A stretch of DNA of 20,000 nucleotides from an uncultured virus (IMG/VR IMGVR_UViG_3300020577_013366) (Duplodnaviria; Heunggongvirae; Uroviricota; Caudoviricetes). The notes below the pieces were generated by a model. It was not told the DNA's origin. It searched no databases and saw nothing but the letters and a program-made list of their open reading frames with translations. Positions 16,142 through 20,000 of this stretch are shown here, in pieces; position 1 is the stretch's first letter, and every line of letters starts with the position of its first letter. The translations under genes were made by a program, and so were the position numbers. Location: the IMG/VR virus record IMGVR_UViG_3300020577_013366; one strand, given 5' to 3'.

Positions 16142-17002
16142 TCACTTGGTCGGGATCGAGAGCGACAGCAGATATTCGCGGCCGTCCAGGAGCTCCGCCG
16201 AGACGAGCAGCTCCACGAACACGTCGTTGCCGAGGATGCGCGCCTGCGCTGTGCACCCGGCCGAGCTGACGAGGCTGTCGGTCCTGGCCATGGCGGCGAC
16301 GTTTTGTGCGATCGCGGTGAGGATGTCGGCGGTGAGGGCCTGGCCGATCTGCAGGTCCACCCCGTTGTTCGACCACGTGAAGGCCCGGCGCTGCTGGGTC
16401 AGGCGGCGGATGAGGCGCTTTTTGAACGCCTCGAGCTCAGGCTGCAGCGCGATGTCCCCGGTGTCCTTGTACCGCCAGACCCCGGGCAGCGTCTCGAAGC
16501 CGGGCAGGTAGCCGTCGTCCAGGTCGCGGAAGCGCTGGTCGAGCCGGTCCGGGGCGTTGCGGAGCGCGGCGGCGAAGGGGGCGTACACTTCCCAGGCGGT
16601 CTCGCCCGCGAAGTCCTCGCAGTCGGCCCCGTGGAGCTCTCCGACCACCTCGATCCGGTGGATGATCCCGCCCTCCATGTCGCGGTCGGTCCAGATGTGG
16701 ATCTGGGTGGGGTCGTCGGGATCGGCGCGGCAGCGGGCGAGCGCGATCCGGCGGGTGGGGACCTGCGCGCCCTCGGGAACATACGGAGGATCCGCCGGAA
16801 TGGTTGGGTCCACCGGCGTGATCACGTAGTTCTCGGGGTTGATCGCCGACTTCAGGCCGGCGGGATCGTCGGCCTGGGGGATCCGGTCGAAGAACAGGAT
16901 GATCCGGTTCCGCGCGCCGGGCACCGCGGCCAGGATCGTGATCAGCCCGGGGCCGCCGAAGGGCCCGTCCTCGCCGAAGGGCTGGAGCCCGAACTGGCTC
17001 AC
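16142..17002 (-). CDS. Baseplate protein with C-terminal gp25/gpW-like wedge domain and N-terminal Ig-like region
   Basis: C-terminal GDIALQPELEAFKKRLIRRLT...TW...GVDL resembles gp25/GPW. Lies immediately upstream of baseplate J. Confidence 0.6.
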   Translation of the reverse strand: MSQFGLQPFGEDGPFGGPGLITILAAVPGARNRIILFFDRIPQADDPAGLKSAINPENYVITPVDPTIPADPPYVPEGAQVPTRRIALARCRADPDDPTQIHIWTDRDMEGGIIHRIEVVGELHGADCEDFAGETAWEVYAPFAAALRNAPDRLDQRFRDLDDGYLPGFETLPGVWRYKDTGDIALQPELEAFKKRLIRRLTQQRRAFTWSNNGVDLQIGQALTADILTAIAQNVAAMARTDSLVSSAGCTAQARILGNDVFVELLVSAELLDGREYLLSLSIPTK

Positions 17003-17106
17003 GGCGCCTCCTGGACGTCCTCGTCCACCCTGAAAGCGGCCTCGTCGGTATCGGTGTCGACCGTCAGCGCGGTCTCGTCAATGTCCTCGTCGGCCTGGAT
17101 CGCCAC
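16999..17106 (-). CDS. Small acidic 35-aa ORF (MAIQADEDIDETALTVDTDTDEAAFRVDEDVQEAP), not in the ORF track
   Basis: GTG at 17106 is preceded by TGG-TAGCCT-N6. The stop forms a GTGA overlap with the start at 17002, and the ORF contains the GGAGG SD for that gene. Confidence 0.55.
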   Translation of the reverse strand: MAIQADEDIDETALTVDTDTDEAAFRVDEDVQEAP

Positions 17107-17187
17107 CGCGCGAGGCTACCACGAGAGCGCCGAACCCCGCGAGCTGGCGCTTGACACCGGTTTGCGGCAGCCCCACGAGGAGAGGCC

Positions 17188-18096
17188 ATGGGAAGAGCCG
17201 AAGAATTCCAGGCCGAGGGCCGGGGCCAGACCTTCAACTACCGGCCGAGCCAGCTGCGCCTGGTCACCGACGAAGCCTCGCCGCTGTACGACCCCCGCGT
17301 GCACGAGGCGCCGTCGCGCGAGTTCATCAACAGCATCAAGCGGCGCGGGGTGATGTTCCCCGGCCTCGCCACCCAGCGCATCGACGATGACGGCAAGCCG
17401 TTCCTCGGGGTGGTGTGCGGTCGGTGGCGGGTAGCAGGTGCCGAGATCGCGTACCGCGAGCTCGAAGCGGAGGGCAAGCCCTTCCCCGGCCGCCCGCGCA
17501 CGCCCCAGAGCAAGGGCCTGGTGCCGATGCTGCTGGTCAACGATCTGACCGACGAGGAGATCCGCGAGATCATCGTGGAGGAGAACGAGCAGCGGCGCGC
17601 CGACACGCTCGCCGGGAGGATCGCCAAGGCGAACGGGATGTTCGCCGAGTACAAGGCCACGGCCGACGCCGAGGGCGAGCCGTTCCGCGAGGCCGACGCG
17701 CTCAAGAAGATCGCGTTGTCGTTCGGGGTGCCGGTCTCGACGGTGAAGCGCTGGCGGGAGGTGCCCGCGCTGTCGGCACCTGCTCGAAAGGCCATCTATG
17801 CGGGCGACGTGCCGATCGGCCAGGTCGATGACCTGAAGCTGATGTCGGCCGCCAACCAGGCGAAGGCGGTCGAGCAGGCGAAGGCTGCCGGCGCCAGTAG
17901 CACGAAGGCGGCGCGCAAGGCCACGGCCGACGTGCCCAAGGCCGCTGAGCAGAAGCAGGCCCGCCGCTCGCGCGCGGCGATCGAGACGAAGATCGCCGCG
18001 CTGCAACCGGGCGGCTCGATGCTCGGTGGCCACCCTGAAGCTCGGCGCGGAATCGTGAACGCGCTCAAGTGGGTGCTCGGGGAGGACACGCTGTAG
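17188..18096 (+). CDS. parB: ParB/Srx-like domain protein with HTH (phage ParB family)
   Basis: GAGGAG SD. PLYDPRV...INSIKRRGV..P, VVCGRWR (GxRR-like box), EENEQR, and HTH IALSFGVPVSTVKRW; Ala/Lys-rich tail. Confidence 0.8.
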   Translation: MGRAEEFQAEGRGQTFNYRPSQLRLVTDEASPLYDPRVHEAPSREFINSIKRRGVMFPGLATQRIDDDGKPFLGVVCGRWRVAGAEIAYRELEAEGKPFPGRPRTPQSKGLVPMLLVNDLTDEEIREIIVEENEQRRADTLAGRIAKANGMFAEYKATADAEGEPFREADALKKIALSFGVPVSTVKRWREVPALSAPARKAIYAGDVPIGQVDDLKLMSAANQAKAVEQAKAAGASSTKAARKATADVPKAAEQKQARRSRAAIETKIAALQPGGSMLGGHPEARRGIVNALKWVLGEDTL

Positions 18097-18198
18097 CGCC
18101 TGTCTCGGTGCGCCTCACAGGGAGGTTGGGAGGCGGGTGAAGTCCCGCGAAGCCGCAGCAATCGCGCTGCGGCAGAGGCCCACAGGAGCAACAGCATC

Positions 18199-18519
18199 AT
18201 GAGCGAACAGACCGAATCCGATACCAGCGGCGTGTACCACCTGCACGGCCAGCTCTTCTATCGCCACGAGGACGGCAAGGTGTTTTCGTCCTCCATTTCC
18301 CACATCGCGCAGGCGTACCGCGACGAGGCTCCGTTCGTGTTCTCCTTCGCCGAGGACGTGCCCGCCGACGCGGAGCGCTACAGCCCGCGCGAGGACAGCG
18401 TGGCGGCGGCGCGCATGGACGCGTGGACCGAAGCTTGCGACATCCACGCCAACCCGATCGCCGCCGATGTCTGGGCCCGGGCTGTCGCCGTCGCTCATTC
18501 CGGAGCGGCCTCGGCCTGA
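18199..18519 (+). CDS. Hypothetical protein (106 aa)
   Basis: AGGAG SD upstream, protein-like composition. Confidence 0.65.
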   Translation: MSEQTESDTSGVYHLHGQLFYRHEDGKVFSSSISHIAQAYRDEAPFVFSFAEDVPADAERYSPREDSVAAARMDAWTEACDIHANPIAADVWARAVAVAHSGAASA

Positions 18520-18556
18520 CCTTGCAGCCCCCGCCACGGATGGCCACCTACTCCGC

Positions 18557-18943
18557 ATGAACAACGTCACCCCCATCCGGCCGCGGCAGCCGATGACCCC
18601 AGCTCGGGCCATCGCGCTCGCGCTCGCGGCCGCCTCCGAGTTCCTGCGCCGCACGCAGGTGCTCGCCAAGAAGTATCCCGTGGGCGACATCGCGGTCGCC
18701 GTGATCCTCGCCGATAGCAGCGAGGATGAGGCGCTGGTGGGCCGCATGGCAGGCAAGGCCGCGCACGCGGTCTGGCGGCTGCTCGGGATCGCCGAGGACG
18801 GCTCCGATGTCCCGCTTCCGCCCTCCGACGAGAGCGTGGAGGAGGCCTGCGCCGGAGCTCTGAGCCGCGGGGCCGATGATGCTGGCGGTGAGTTTGCGGC
18901 CGCGCTTCGACGCGTCGCCGACCTGCTCGGGGTTCCGCGGTGA
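18557..18943 (+). CDS. Hypothetical protein (128 aa, MNNVTPIRP...)
   Basis: ATG 18557 within ORF 18467..18943. The stop forms a GTGA overlap with the methyltransferase start. Confidence 0.6.
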   Translation: MNNVTPIRPRQPMTPARAIALALAAASEFLRRTQVLAKKYPVGDIAVAVILADSSEDEALVGRMAGKAAHAVWRLLGIAEDGSDVPLPPSDESVEEACAGALSRGADDAGGEFAAALRRVADLLGVPR

Positions 18944-20000
18944 GCGCTCCGTTCGGCCGTGCGGGCGCCGCTGTCGTGGCCGCGGTGTTCACCGTCCTGC
19001 ACCTGTTCTCAGGGTCAGGTGGTCTCGCCAAGGGCTTCCACGACGCCGGCTTCACCAGCGCCGGCAACATCGACATGGACCCGCGGGCCTGTACCGACCT
19101 GCGCAACCTCTGCGGCACCCCGGCGATCGAGGCGGACATCGGCAAGATGGACCCCGCGGGCCTGCGCGCGCTGGTGCCCGAGTGCCCGGACGTAGCCGCC
19201 TCCAGTTCGCCGTGCGTGGGCTTCTCGGGCTGCTTGCCCGAGGTAACCAGCAAGACCGCGAAGTATCAGGAGTTCAACTCGCTGGCGCTGCACGGGGTCT
19301 GGCTGCTCCTGGAGGCCTGGAAGGGCAACCGGACGGGCCGCAAGGTCCCCGGGATGATCGTGTTTGAGAACGTCCCGCGCATCATGACGCGCGGGCGCAA
19401 GCTCCTCGAGCACCTGATCGGCCTCCTCCACGCCGAGGGCTACGCGGTGGACATGCGGACGCACGACTGCGGCGAGCTCGGCCGCGGGGTCGCGCAGAAG
19501 CGCCGCCGGTTCCTACTGGTCGCGCGCCACATGCCGACCGTGCAGGACTTCCTCCGCAAGCCGCCCGCCTACTCGCCGCTGGCGATCCGCGAGGTGCTGT
19601 GGCAGCTGGCGCCGCCACGCCCGGGCGGCCCCGACCATATGCACCGGCTGCCCTCGCTGAGCGCCAAGAACTGGCTCCGGCTCGCGTGCATCCGCGCCGG
19701 CGGCGACTGGCGCGACCTGCCCGCCGAGGTCTGGATCTACCACTGCGAGAGCGTCGACCTCGAGGCCGTCACCGGCATCCGCTGGAACCACTGCGTGGGG
19801 CGCCACGACGGCAAGCTCGGCGTGCTCGACTGGGAGCGGCCGAGCAAGACGATCATCGGCAAGGCGCGGGTCTGCAACACCTGGAACGCCTGCGCCGACC
19901 CGAGGGTCGACTGGCCGGCGACCACCCACGGCGGGCGGCCCGACTGCTACGGCATGACCGACGAGCGGCGCCCGAGCGGCACCGTGCGCGGCGAGCAGAC
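18940..20000 (+). CDS. DNA (cytosine-5)-methyltransferase (Dcm-like), 3' truncated by the window; not in the ORF track
   Basis: Translated manually from GTG 18940 and open to the end: motif I LHLFSGSGG, IV SSPCVGFS (catalytic PC), VI FENVPR, VIII AQKRRRF. Confidence 0.92.
   Translation, partial: MSAPFGRAGAAVVAAVFTVLHLFSGSGGLAKGFHDAGFTSAGNIDMDPRACTDLRNLCGTPAIEADIGKMDPAGLRALVPECPDVAASSSPCVGFSGCLPEVTSKTAKYQEFNSLALHGVWLLLEAWKGNRTGRKVPGMIVFENVPRIMTRGRKLLEHLIGLLHAEGYAVDMRTHDCGELGRGVAQKRRRFLLVARHMPTVQDFLRKPPAYSPLAIREVLWQLAPPRPGGPDHMHRLPSLSAKNWLRLACIRAGGDWRDLPAEVWIYHCESVDLEAVTGIRWNHCVGRHDGKLGVLDWERPSKTIIGKARVCNTWNACADPRVDWPATTHGGRPDCYGMTDERRPSGTVRGEQ

Larger units (their letters stand above)
1..20000. 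mobile_element. Bacteriophage/prophage segment (contractile-tail type)
   Basis: Baseplate genes, endolysin-like peptidase, DnaB, ParB-like protein, DUF932, orphan methyltransferases and many short coupled hypotheticals. No host housekeeping genes. Confidence 0.85.

Noticed and set aside
8659..17002. Interpretation as eCIS/T6SS/tailocin locus
   Set aside because: Interleaved helicase, ParB, DUF932 and methylase genes fit a phage better; no AAA+ ATPase/TssABC or effector genes are seen.
17151..17180. TTGACA upstream of the parB-like gene
   Set aside because: Perfect -35 but no acceptable -10 at 16-18 bp (CACGAG); not enough to call a promoter.
12820..17353. ORFs 12820..14388 (-), 15069..16376 (-), 16013..17353 (+)
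   Set aside because: Overlap well-supported DUF932, baseplate J and gp25-like genes, with low-complexity R/G/P composition.
1..20000. CRISPR array, tRNA/rRNA, IS elements, att sites, DGR repeats
   Set aside because: No regularly spaced repeats, cloverleafs, transposase/integrase/RT motifs or long duplicated segments were detected by eye.

Overview
High-GC window from a phage or prophage with a contractile-tail (myovirus-like) baseplate. The host is probably a myxobacterium, since two cargo surface proteins have Myxococcota/Nannocystaceae-style architecture. Bases 1-6112 form one translationally coupled + strand operon: small Cys-rich ORFs, a divergent DnaB-like helicase, then a compact nucleic-acid-modification cassette (AlkB-family 2OG-Fe(II) dioxygenase, ASCH-domain protein, CxxCxxCC/YkgJ-family protein, MT-A70 adenine methyltransferase). 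Next come a peptidase-M15 endolysin candidate with small membrane ORFs and a secreted lamin-tail-domain protein. A - strand baseplate/tail module (gp25-like, baseplate J, wedge, tail/fibre protein) is interrupted by a + strand DUF932 + lipoprotein unit with its own promoter. The window ends with a ParB-like gene, two hypotheticals and a truncated C5-cytosine methyltransferase. The best candidate for a novel system is the AlkB-ASCH-CxxCxxCC-MT-A70 'eraser/reader/writer' cassette next to the helicase, in which both enzymes carry beta-clamp-like QxxLF motifs. A recurrent (T/C)AnnnT-N6/7-start motif suggests leaderless expression of six mostly late-type units. All family calls come from motif recognition by eye; no database searches were run.
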